From an uncultured Actinomycetes bacterium (GTDB lineage Bacteria > Actinomycetota > Actinomycetes > Streptosporangiales > Streptosporangiaceae), in the NCBI GenBank assembly GCA_963798675.1, contig CAWCUJ010000046.1:55390-119389 (forward strand): a stretch of DNA of 64,000 nt, in the 5' to 3' direction. Position 1 is the first letter of the stretch. The number at the start of each line of letters is the position of its first letter. Both the position numbers and the translations under genes were made by a program. Below, piece by piece: positions 9,624 through 17,890 of the stretch. The notes under the pieces are model-generated. The model saw only the letters and a list, made by a program, of their open reading frames with translations. It ran no database searches and was not told the origin of the DNA.

Positions 9624-10766
9624 ATGACCGTGACCAGTACCCCTCCGGGTATTCCCAGCCCCGCGCGGCTGGAAAGCTGGCTCAGCGAGGCCTTGGCCGG
9701 CGAGCCGGCCGAGCTGACGGATATCCAGCTGATCGCGGGCGGCCGGTCGAACCTGACCTACCGCCTGGCCGTCTCGGTGCCTGCTCATGCGCCTGGCGGC
9801 GCGGTGCCTGCTCATGCGCCTGGCGGCGCGGGGCCCGGAGGAGACCGGCTGCTCGTGCTGCGCCGGCCGCCGCTCGGCCACGTGCTGCCCACCGCGCACG
9901 ACATGTCGCGGGAGTTCCGCGTCCTGTCCGCGTTGGTCGGCACCAAGGTGCCGGTGGCCCGGCCGGTAGCGTTCTGTGACGACGCCGAAGTCGTCGGCGC
10001 GCCCTTCTACCTGATGGAGCACGTGCCCGGGGTGGTGCTCAGGTCCCGGCGGGACACCGCCGTGCTGACCGAACCGCAAGCCGCGGAACTTTCCGAACGG
10101 CTGGCCGACATGCTCGCCGCCATCCACGGCGTCGACGTCGAGGCGGTCGGCCTCGACGGGCTCGGCCGCGGTGCCGGATACCTCACGCGCCAACTGAGCC
10201 GCTGGCAGCGGCAGTGGGAGCTGTCCAAGACCAGGGAGGTGCCCGGATACGAGGATCTGGTGAGGCGGCTGACGGCCACGCTCCCGCCCGAAGGCGAGAC
10301 CACGCTGGTGCACGGGGACTTCCGGCTGGACAACGTGCTGGTGACGGTGGCGCCGCAGCCGCGGATCACAGCCGTGGTGGACTGGGAGATGGCTACCCTG
10401 GGCGACCCGCTCGCGGACCTGGGGCTGACCCTGGTCTACTGGACCGACCAGGGAGAGGAAGGCTGGCTCGAACCGGCGCTGGGTTCGGCCGCCCCGGGGC
10501 CCGGCGTGAGAACGGACGGCACCACCAGCCCGGGCTTCATGACCCGGGCCGAATTCGCCGCCGGGTACGCCCAGCGGACCGGGCGGGACATATCCCGGAT
10601 CGGTTATTACGTGGCGTTCGGCTACTTCAAGCTCGCCGTCGTGCTCGAGGGCATCCACGCGCGCTATCTGCAGCGCCAGACGGTGGGCGAGGGCTTCGAG
10701 CAGGAGGGCCTGGCCGTCCCGACGCTGGTCGCCCGCGCACACCAGGTACTCGACGCGGAGGACTGA
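9624..10766 (+). CDS. Phosphotransferase (APH/choline-kinase fold) family protein
   Basis: GGRSNLTYRL, HGDFRLDNVLV and VVDWEMATLGDPLADL. Confidence 0.85.
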   Translation: MTVTSTPPGIPSPARLESWLSEALAGEPAELTDIQLIAGGRSNLTYRLAVSVPAHAPGGAVPAHAPGGAGPGGDRLLVLRRPPLGHVLPTAHDMSREFRVLSALVGTKVPVARPVAFCDDAEVVGAPFYLMEHVPGVVLRSRRDTAVLTEPQAAELSERLADMLAAIHGVDVEAVGLDGLGRGAGYLTRQLSRWQRQWELSKTREVPGYEDLVRRLTATLPPEGETTLVHGDFRLDNVLVTVAPQPRITAVVDWEMATLGDPLADLGLTLVYWTDQGEEGWLEPALGSAAPGPGVRTDGTTSPGFMTRAEFAAGYAQRTGRDISRIGYYVAFGYFKLAVVLEGIHARYLQRQTVGEGFEQEGLAVPTLVARAHQVLDAED

Positions 10767-11109
10767 GCCAGGCTGGCACCCTGCCAGGTGAGGGGGCCAG
10801 CGTTTCACGTCACCTCCAGGCGGCTCACCGCCAGGTGCGGAGCCTCGACAGGACGCCGGCGCCCCGCTCACGCCAGGCCGGAGCCCGGCGCCCCGCTCTC
10901 GCCGGGCCTGCCGCTCGGCTTCCGCCTGCCGAGCTATTTAGAGGCCCGGCGCCCCGCTTACGCCGGACCTCTAAAGAAAGAGACGCGCCACCCCCGCCCC
11001 AGGTTCACACCCGATAAGCCAAAAGAACGCACGCCTGCCCGAAGAGGGGTACGTTGTCACATCCATGCCATTCAGGGGCCACCGGGAGCCGTCCCTGGAC
11101 CGTCCGGGG

Positions 11110-11168
11110 CTATCCGGGCGAAGCGCCGAACAGCGTCGCGACGGCCGAGAGCACGACCGGGGCCGAGC
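11110..11168 (-). pseudogene. Orphan 5' fragment of the DapA-family gene (19 codons, then a stop)
   Basis: Reads SSAPVVLSAVATLFGASPG*. This is the same N-terminus as the intact gene starting at 16444. It is part of the 52-bp repeat at 11120-11171. Confidence 0.6.
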
Positions 11169-13241
11169 TCAGCCCGGACCCCGGACGACGATGTTGAAGA
11201 TCTCCGCCGCGAACCGGCCGAAGCCCGCCGGCGGCAGCTTGGTGAACCAGATCAGCACGTAGCGCCCCGGTGCCGGGCGGGCGGCCGTGAAGGTATAGGT
11301 CCCGCCGACATCGTCGGCCTTCGCCACCGTCCGGAACGTGGACAGGGTCGCGGCGGCCAGCGCGTCGTGGTTGCCGACCTCGACCGACACGCCGGCACCC
11401 CGTGCGGGACCGAACGTGACCGTGACGGAGCCGATCCTGACCTGGTGGCCCATGTCCAGGATCAGGCCCGATCCCTTCTTCAGGCCGCCGAAGACCGAGC
11501 TGCCGAGATAGTACTGGGTCTGCCAGGCGGCAGCCGGATCCCGGTCGATGGCGTCCCGCGCGGCGGCGCTGTTCTCGTTGCCCGGGTTCTCCGGCAGGCC
11601 TTCCAGTGGGTCGAACCCGGCCGCGCCGACCGGCTGGAACACGATGGCCGGCGGGCTCGGCCGGCGGGCGGTCCGGCCGTCGGCCGGTGGCGCCAGGTCC
11701 AGCCGCTCGACAGTCACCCGGCCGGCCTGTGACGGGCGCAGGGCGGCACCGCGGCCCCGGGACGGCAGGACCCCCCAGTGAGCAGCCAGCCCGGCGGCGA
11801 CCAGGAGGGTCACGGCCACGGCTGGGAGCCGGAGGGCGGGACGCCGGCGGGTGACGGCGAGGACCTGGCGGAACGTACTCTGGACGGTGCGCAGCAGGAT
11901 GTACGACAAGCCGGCCATCGGCAGGACGAGCAGCACGGTCGAGATGACGGTGAGCAGTCCGGCGGCGATGTGGGCGTGCCCGAACTGCGTGACGGCAGCG
12001 TGCAGCTGAGCCCGCAGGGAGCCGGCGAAGGTCCGGGCCAGGCTGGGGCCGTTCAGGATGACGAACCCCAGCTGCAGCACGAGCATGGGGACGACGAGCA
12101 AGACCCACACGGTCAGGGCCACCCGGGCCGGGCGCTTGAGCTTGGCCTGCTGGGGATCGGTCGGCCGGCCGGGGATCAGGCTGCGCAGCGTGGGCCCGAT
12201 GCGCCGGAACAGGTCAGGCACGCCGATCAGGTCGGCCAGGATGAAGTACCCGTCGAACCGCAGTGACGGCAGCAGCTGCTGGACGATCTCCAGGTGGATC
12301 AGCACGACGGCGGCGGCCAGCGGCGCGTAGCCGGTGGCCAGGTAGGTGACCGTCAGCGGCAGCACGAAAATCGCGTTGAAGTAGACGCCGCCCAGGTCGG
12401 TGCGGAGGCCGGCCCGGCCCAGCCGGTAGGCGTCGGTGACGTTGGTGAAGAACGCGGGCCAGATCACGTAGATGCCCATGCCGATGACGCCGGGGCGCGC
12501 ACCGCCGTACCGGCAGGCGGCCGCGTGGCCGCACTCGTGAAACAGCATGGAGGCCACGGACAGGCCGAGGACCAGGAGCAGCAGCAGCGGGTGGAGCAGC
12601 ACGTACCGGGACGCGGATCCCAGCCGGCCCCGGCCGAACAGCCAGGTATCCGAGGCGATCAGGGCCGCCAGCACCACGGCCACGGCGAACGGGCGGAACA
12701 GCGGGCGGAACCATCGCGAGAGGAGCTGGACGCCCGCCTCGGGAACGATGGTCCGGCGCAGCTTCAGCGTCAGCAGGGCGGCGTCTTTCCCGGCTTTCCC
12801 GGGCGCTGCGGCGGCCGGATCGGCCGTGGCCAGCATGCCGAGCGGGAAAAGCTTCTTGGCCAGCAGGTACTCGATGTTGCCTGCGCTCACCGGGCGGCCG
12901 AAGCCGCCCGTGACCTGCTCGGCGATCTCGCTAACCGGGCGGCGGCCGTCGATCGCGCTCACGACCAGGTACAGCAGCCGGGACAGGTGCACGACCCGGC
13001 CGTCCGCGTTGCGGACCAGGTAGGTGGCTTCGGTCAGACCCGACCCCTGGTACTCGCCGATCGGCTCCACTGCAGCGGCCAGGCGCGGCACCGCGGCGCC
13101 GATCTCGTCCTGGCCGGGCTGCTCCTGGATCCTCGCGGTGCCGCCGCAGCCCGGCTCGGCGGCGGGGGAATGCAGGTCCCTGAACAGCGGCTGGCGAGGG
13201 CCGCCGGAAGGACGGCCCTCGTCAGAGTGCATGTGGTGCAA
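11169..13241 (-). CDS. Membrane M50-like zinc metalloprotease with a PqqD-like N-terminal domain and a discoidin-like C-terminal domain
   Basis: N-terminus YLVRNADGRVVHLSRLLYLVVSAIDGRRPVSEIAEQV (PqqD/RRE-like). Multi-TM core with HECGHAAA (HExxH) and DGYFILADL. C-terminus ENSAAARDAIDRDPAAAWQTQYY...GSGLILDMG (discoidin-like). Confidence 0.8.
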   Translation of the reverse strand: MHHMHSDEGRPSGGPRQPLFRDLHSPAAEPGCGGTARIQEQPGQDEIGAAVPRLAAAVEPIGEYQGSGLTEATYLVRNADGRVVHLSRLLYLVVSAIDGRRPVSEIAEQVTGGFGRPVSAGNIEYLLAKKLFPLGMLATADPAAAAPGKAGKDAALLTLKLRRTIVPEAGVQLLSRWFRPLFRPFAVAVVLAALIASDTWLFGRGRLGSASRYVLLHPLLLLLVLGLSVASMLFHECGHAAACRYGGARPGVIGMGIYVIWPAFFTNVTDAYRLGRAGLRTDLGGVYFNAIFVLPLTVTYLATGYAPLAAAVVLIHLEIVQQLLPSLRFDGYFILADLIGVPDLFRRIGPTLRSLIPGRPTDPQQAKLKRPARVALTVWVLLVVPMLVLQLGFVILNGPSLARTFAGSLRAQLHAAVTQFGHAHIAAGLLTVISTVLLVLPMAGLSYILLRTVQSTFRQVLAVTRRRPALRLPAVAVTLLVAAGLAAHWGVLPSRGRGAALRPSQAGRVTVERLDLAPPADGRTARRPSPPAIVFQPVGAAGFDPLEGLPENPGNENSAAARDAIDRDPAAAWQTQYYLGSSVFGGLKKGSGLILDMGHQVRIGSVTVTFGPARGAGVSVEVGNHDALAAATLSTFRTVAKADDVGGTYTFTAARPAPGRYVLIWFTKLPPAGFGRFAAEIFNIVVRGPG

Positions 13242-13256
13242 GAACGATCTGCGGGA

Positions 13257-13490
13257 TTAGGAGCCGCCTCCGCCGCCGTGGTGGTGGTGGAAGAAGAAGT
13301 GGTTGTTGAAGCTGCCCACCGCGACGTTGGTCTGCTCGATGTTGACGGCCCGGCTGGACGACAGGGACGCATGGTCAAGAGTGGAGCTGGCGGTGCCCAC
13401 GCTGACGATGGTGATGGTGCCGAGAGTCTCCCGCTCGGGCAGCAGTTCGCCGGTCTCGGCCCGCAGCTCATCGATGCTCAGCTCAGACAT
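13257..13490 (-). CDS. 77-aa peptide (candidate precursor or substrate peptide)
   Basis: The internal ATG of ORF 13257..13571 is preceded by GGAAGAAGGGAAACC. Sequence: MSELSIDELRAETGELLPERETLGTITIVSVGTASSTLDHASLSSSRAVNIEQTNVAVGSFNNHFFFHHHHGGGGGS. It lies 16 nt upstream of the protease gene on the same strand. Confidence 0.6.
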   Translation of the reverse strand: MSELSIDELRAETGELLPERETLGTITIVSVGTASSTLDHASLSSSRAVNIEQTNVAVGSFNNHFFFHHHHGGGGGS

Positions 13491-14357
13491 GATGGTTTCC
13501 CTTCTTCCTATCGAGTGGCCCGATACCGCCCCTTCACGGTTATCGGATAGCACACGCGGCAGATAGGGCAAAATTACGCGCCGCGTGCACGACTTGGGGG
13601 ATCGAAGACAAAGTTCAGGTCGAGTTAAGAAAGATTGAGCTCAGGCTGGCACAAGCTTAATTCGGAACCCAACTCCCCGCCCCTCTATTCGCGTTCGGGA
13701 TCGTGGGACGAACTTAGCTGACCCGCTATGCCATGCAATCTTCTCCGCAGCCGACTTCGGCCTACGTTTTTGTGGATCGTAGGATAAATCTAGCAGACCC
13801 CGCTATGCGGCGCAACCACCCTTCAGCGAATTTCTCAGCACGACGAGTAATTCGGGTCAACCCGGGCCAACCGGGACAGCCTGGCCGACATACTGGCATA
13901 GCGTAAGGGTTTGGCGGGCTCTTTCTCTGTTATGTCCTCGTACTTTACTAGGACAGCGCCGGGCAGCCGGTCACTTTCGCCGAGAACGATTAACACTGAT
14001 TGTCCTGATATTGGCCGACGGGTAAAAAGATCATAAATTCAACACCTCCCAAAATTGCCATTCAACGATGCCCGCCGGGCGTAAACCGGTCGGCTTCCTC
14101 GTGCGGCGTCGCCCAGCGGTTGGACGAAGCGGTGGCCGGTCTCGCCCGTGGCGATAGCGCTGTACGCAGGAGGAATACGCGGCACAAGGCTCGTGAATAG
14201 ACATTGCCTGCCGAACCCGGCAGTTACGACATGACCGGGCAATTTCTATTCGCCTCGTCATCTTGGCGATACCAGATGGACGCCTTCCCGTTTATTCGGG
14301 CCGTTCATACGGAGCGCGCATGGTACGCTGCCGGACACGATTCAGGGAGGGATCACG

Positions 14358-15167
14358 ATGTTGCTCAAAACGAAGCATGGAGTTCGGCGGCTGCGCTCAG
14401 GCGCACTGGCGCTGACGCTGGTGGCGTTCGTTCCGCTGGCCATTCCAGTCACCGCATCGGCGAGCACGAATCCGGCCTATCCGTTCCCGGGAAATTATCC
14501 CGGCCACCCCCAGGGAAACGAGTTCGTCAACGTCGTACGCGCGGATTCCCAAACGAATCAGAAGACCGTCTTCAAGGTGAAGTTCAAGCTGGGAGTGGGG
14601 CTCAGCCCGACCATCAGCGCCGTCAATCGCGCGGTGGCGCTGGCCAGCCACTGCGCAGATTGCCATGCGATCGCGATCGGATTCCAGGTGGTGACCACGA
14701 CGGAGCGAGATCTCACCGCCATCCACGCCCTCAATGTGGCCAGCGCGTCAACTAAGGACTGCACCCTGACCTGCTCGGCCGTCGCCGATGCGTACCAGGT
14801 GGTCGTCGCTACCGACACCCCGCAGCCGATGAGCTTTGGTTGGCTGCTGGGCCAGCAGCAGCTGGCCGCTCTGCTCAACCTGCGGTCGGAGTTCCTGGCC
14901 CTGCCGAAATCCGGCCTCAGCCTGGCCCAGATCCAGGCCAAGTGCCAGGACCTCGTGAACGAGGCCGTGGCCATCCTGCAGGACGGGAACGACGGGGGTC
15001 CGGGCTACCCGGGCTACCCGGGCTACCCGGGCTATCCGGGCTTCACTACGCCCACGTATTCCCCGGGCGTGCACGGTGCCGAGTCGGACACCCGGCTGAC
15101 CGACGACGGCCAGCGGGTGGTCCACCTGTACCGCGACCTTCAGTTCCGGCCGTTCTCGGCCGGCTGA
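14358..15167 (+). CDS. Secreted hypothetical protein with twin Cys motifs and GYP repeats
   Basis: Signal peptide (LALTLVAFVPLAIPVTASAST). Paired motifs SHCADCHAIAIGFQVV and KDCTLTCSAVADAYQVVV. A GPGYPGYPGYPGYPGF repeat. RBS GGGAGGGA upstream. Confidence 0.75.
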   Translation: MLLKTKHGVRRLRSGALALTLVAFVPLAIPVTASASTNPAYPFPGNYPGHPQGNEFVNVVRADSQTNQKTVFKVKFKLGVGLSPTISAVNRAVALASHCADCHAIAIGFQVVTTTERDLTAIHALNVASASTKDCTLTCSAVADAYQVVVATDTPQPMSFGWLLGQQQLAALLNLRSEFLALPKSGLSLAQIQAKCQDLVNEAVAILQDGNDGGPGYPGYPGYPGYPGFTTPTYSPGVHGAESDTRLTDDGQRVVHLYRDLQFRPFSAG

Positions 15168-15209
15168 GGTCGCCGCGGTTAAAGCGGCAACCGGGGCCAT
15201 CCCCGGCAT

Positions 15210-15320
15210 CACCGGCCCCGGCCAGGACGGCTACCACGACACCAGCCCCGGCCAGGACGGGCTACCACGACACCAGCCCCGGCCAGGACGGGCTACCACG
15301 ACACCAGCCCCGGCGACACC
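15210..15320. repeat. Tandem 31-nt repeat, about 3.5 copies
   Basis: caccagccccggccaggacgggctaccacga is repeated head-to-tail with no spacers. Confidence 0.85.
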
Positions 15321-15446
15321 GACCCCGGCCAGCCTCCCCCGCCCGAGGTTCACGCCCGGCGGGGAAAAGCACGCATGAACGTGGCAGCCTGCCCGAAAGA
15401 GCGGTGTTTTCCAAGTCCCACACCGGTTATGGCGGCGCGGCGGGCC

Positions 15447-15537
15447 GGCTCGATGTTCCATCGAGCCGCCCAGAGCCGGCTCAGTGTTCCATCGAGCCGC
15501 CCAGAGCCGGGCCGGATCAGTGTTCCATCGAGCTGGC
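15447..15537. repeat. Three tandem 31-32-nt hairpin-forming units
   Basis: ggctcgatgttccatcgagccgcccagagcc x3. The first unit contains a perfect 9-bp stem, ggctcgatg/catcgagcc. Confidence 0.8.
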
Positions 15538-15607
15538 TAGGAGGCGGCACGGTGCCACATCCATGCCGTCTCGCGCGGGGCCATCCCGGGCGGCGGCCGC
15601 CGGGGGT

Positions 15608-16444
15608 TCAGGCGAGGAGGGCAGCGACTTCGGCGGCGATCGCGGCGGCGGTGTCCGGGTCGGGGGGATCGACGGTCATCCGGGCGGCCGTGCTGGCCAG
15701 GCCGCGCACCCGGAGCGCGTGCTTGATCCGGCCGATGCTGGCCCCGAGCGCGACGATCCGGTCCAGCCGCGCCTGCTCCCCGGGCTGATCACGAAGGGCC
15801 GCGTAGACCTCGGGGTAGGCGGAGCTGCGGCCGGAGATCACGCCCGCGCAGCCAGCCCGCATCGCCGCCGCCGGGTTGGCGTCGTTGCCGGAGAAGATCG
15901 CCAGGCCGGGCGCCGCCGCGACGTAGCCGGCCGCCTCGGCCGAGGCGGACCCGCTGACCTTGGCGCCTGCCAGCCCCGCCGCGTCCGCCACCTGCGCAAA
16001 TAGCGGCGGGGGGACGTGCAGCCCGGTCCGTTCGGGAAAAATATAGGCATAGAGCTCGGGACCGGGGGCGGCGTCCCGGATGCGCCGGTAGTGGCTGATC
16101 AGCTCATCGGGGCGCGCGGGCAGGTAGTAAGGCGTGATGGCGGCGATGCGTCTGGCGCCGAGCGCGGCCGCCGCCTGGGCCAGCCGGCTGGCGTGCCGGG
16201 CGTCCGGGGCGCCGATGTGCGCGATCACCCGATCCGGTCCCGCCTCGGCCAGCGCAAGCTCGAACAGCGTCAGCCGTTCGGAATCCTCCAGGGCGGGGAA
16301 CTCGCCGCTGGTCCCGGCCACGAACAGGCCGTCTACCAGCCCGGCGACGAGCTTGTACAGCGCACGGTTGGCGTCAGAATCCAGCTCGCCTGAAGCGCCG
16401 AACAACGTCGCGACGGCCGAGAGTACGACCGGGGCCGAGCTCAC
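15608..16444 (-). CDS. Dihydrodipicolinate synthase (DapA/NAL) family lyase
   Basis: GLFVAGTSGEFPAL, ITPYYL and AGAKVSG. GTG start overlapping the upstream stop (GTGA). Confidence 0.85.
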   Translation of the reverse strand: MSSAPVVLSAVATLFGASGELDSDANRALYKLVAGLVDGLFVAGTSGEFPALEDSERLTLFELALAEAGPDRVIAHIGAPDARHASRLAQAAAALGARRIAAITPYYLPARPDELISHYRRIRDAAPGPELYAYIFPERTGLHVPPPLFAQVADAAGLAGAKVSGSASAEAAGYVAAAPGLAIFSGNDANPAAAMRAGCAGVISGRSSAYPEVYAALRDQPGEQARLDRIVALGASIGRIKHALRVRGLASTAARMTVDPPDPDTAAAIAAEVAALLA

Positions 16445-16932
16445 ACGAAACCGCGCGGCTTGAAGAACGCGGTCGAGTCTTTACGCCAGAGCAGGATGAC
16501 CGCGCCCAGGCCGATGAGCCAGGTCAGTACGGGGAATACCAGGCCGAGCAGCGTCTTCGGCTGGCTGAACACGCCGAACAGGTCCAGGGTGGCCAGCCCG
16601 AACAAGACGCTGGACAAGATCCGGGCCCAGTTCCGCCCCTGGCCGTTGGCCTTGGCCATCCACAGCCACAGCGCGACGCCGATCACGCCGGAGACGATGG
16701 CCAGCGTGATGATGAACGTGTTCAGCTGGTTGACCTGGGCGACGGTCAGGCTCGGGCGTGCCTTCCTGATCGCGGCCTTGGTGCCGCTGATGTCGACCAG
16801 GGAGACGACCAGGCTGACCGTGCTGACGGCCGCGCCGGCGTACATGAGCTTGACCGCCTGCAGCACCGGCGGCGGGGCCGAGGGCCGCTCCGGCTCCACG
16901 GGCTTGCCGGTCGACGGGTAAGGCTGGTACAT
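16441..16932 (-). CDS. Integral membrane protein, unknown function
   Basis: 163 aa with a Pro-rich N-terminus followed by four hydrophobic spans. Confidence 0.7.
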   Translation of the reverse strand: MYQPYPSTGKPVEPERPSAPPPVLQAVKLMYAGAAVSTVSLVVSLVDISGTKAAIRKARPSLTVAQVNQLNTFIITLAIVSGVIGVALWLWMAKANGQGRNWARILSSVLFGLATLDLFGVFSQPKTLLGLVFPVLTWLIGLGAVILLWRKDSTAFFKPRGFV

Positions 16933-17052
16933 GATGACCTCTGCTGGGTGACGATGCCGAACCGGATGGCGGGTCCCGCTAATCTACCGAGCTTACCGCC
17001 AGCCTGATAACGGGCTATTCGGCTCCGCGGGTTCGGTGATACTCAAAAGACC

Positions 17053-17877
17053 ATGACGGAGAAGACCCCCGCGGGCACCGCGGTGCCGATGGCTCGATCG
17101 GCGCCGCTGACCCCGCTGACCCCGCAGGCTGCCCGGCTGCAGCGCTGGGAGATCATTTGCGTCTTCGCCGTCTCGCTCGGCGCCAGCGGCCTGTACGCGG
17201 TGGTTAATTTCATCGGCTCGCTGACCGCGCACCAGTCGCTGGGCAAGCAGACCGCTGTGCTCAACGGCTCGCTGGCCCCCGGCCGCCCGCTGCTCGACCT
17301 GAGCCTGCAGTTGCTGAACATCACCTTGTCGCTGGCCCCGGTGCTGCTCGTGTTCTACCTGCTGGCCCGGGCGGGGGAGGGACCGTCCTCGATTGGCGTG
17401 GACTTCCGCGAGCCGGGCCGGGATCTGGCCCGGGGCGCCGTGCTCGCCGCGGTCATCGGCGGCAGCGGCCTGGGCCTGTACCTGATCGCGTATCACATCG
17501 GCGTCGAACTGAACGTGGTGGCGGAGAACCTGCCCGCCATCTGGTGGCGGATCCCGGTGCTGCTGCTTTCCGCGGCCCAGAACGCCGCCCTGGAAGAGGT
17601 CGTCGTCCTCGGGTACCTGATGAGCAGGCTAGAGAAGCTCGGCGTCAGGCCGTCGAGGGCGATCGCCATCAGCGCGGTGATCCGGGGCTCCTATCACCTG
17701 TACCAGGGGGCGGGCGCGTTCATCGGCAACGCCGTCATGGGCGCGATCTTCGGCGTCCTGTACCGGCGGTGGGGCCGGGTGACTCCGATGATCATCGCGC
17801 ACTTCCTGATCGACGCGGTGACCTTCGTCGGCTACGCGCTCCTCGCCGGTCACGTGTCCTGGTTGCCCAAGCCATGA
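17053..17877 (+). CDS. CPBP-family intramembrane glutamic endopeptidase
   Basis: AAQNAALEEVVVLGYL (EE motif), RGSYHLYQ and IIAHFLIDA. Confidence 0.85.
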   Translation: MTEKTPAGTAVPMARSAPLTPLTPQAARLQRWEIICVFAVSLGASGLYAVVNFIGSLTAHQSLGKQTAVLNGSLAPGRPLLDLSLQLLNITLSLAPVLLVFYLLARAGEGPSSIGVDFREPGRDLARGAVLAAVIGGSGLGLYLIAYHIGVELNVVAENLPAIWWRIPVLLLSAAQNAALEEVVVLGYLMSRLEKLGVRPSRAIAISAVIRGSYHLYQGAGAFIGNAVMGAIFGVLYRRWGRVTPMIIAHFLIDAVTFVGYALLAGHVSWLPKP

Positions 17878-17890
17878 GGGAGCCGCCCCC

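Noticed and set aside
9552-10871. 439-aa minus-strand ORF antisense to the phosphotransferase gene
   Set aside because: A typical high-GC shadow ORF (Arg/Gly/Pro-rich with no motifs). The plus-strand frame has clear APH motifs. The same reasoning applies to 190..1245(+), 2217..3407(-), 4329..4898(-), 19509..21206(-), 22744..24114(-), 26624..27640(-), 32626..34854(+), 42383..43354(-), 47123..48217(-), 55349..56344(+) and 59526..60389(+).
15210-15537. Regularly repeated 31-32-nt units that could at first glance be a CRISPR array
   Set aside because: The units are directly adjacent, with no unique spacers. There are only 3-4 copies and no cas genes in the window. They are better described as tandem/REP-like repeats.
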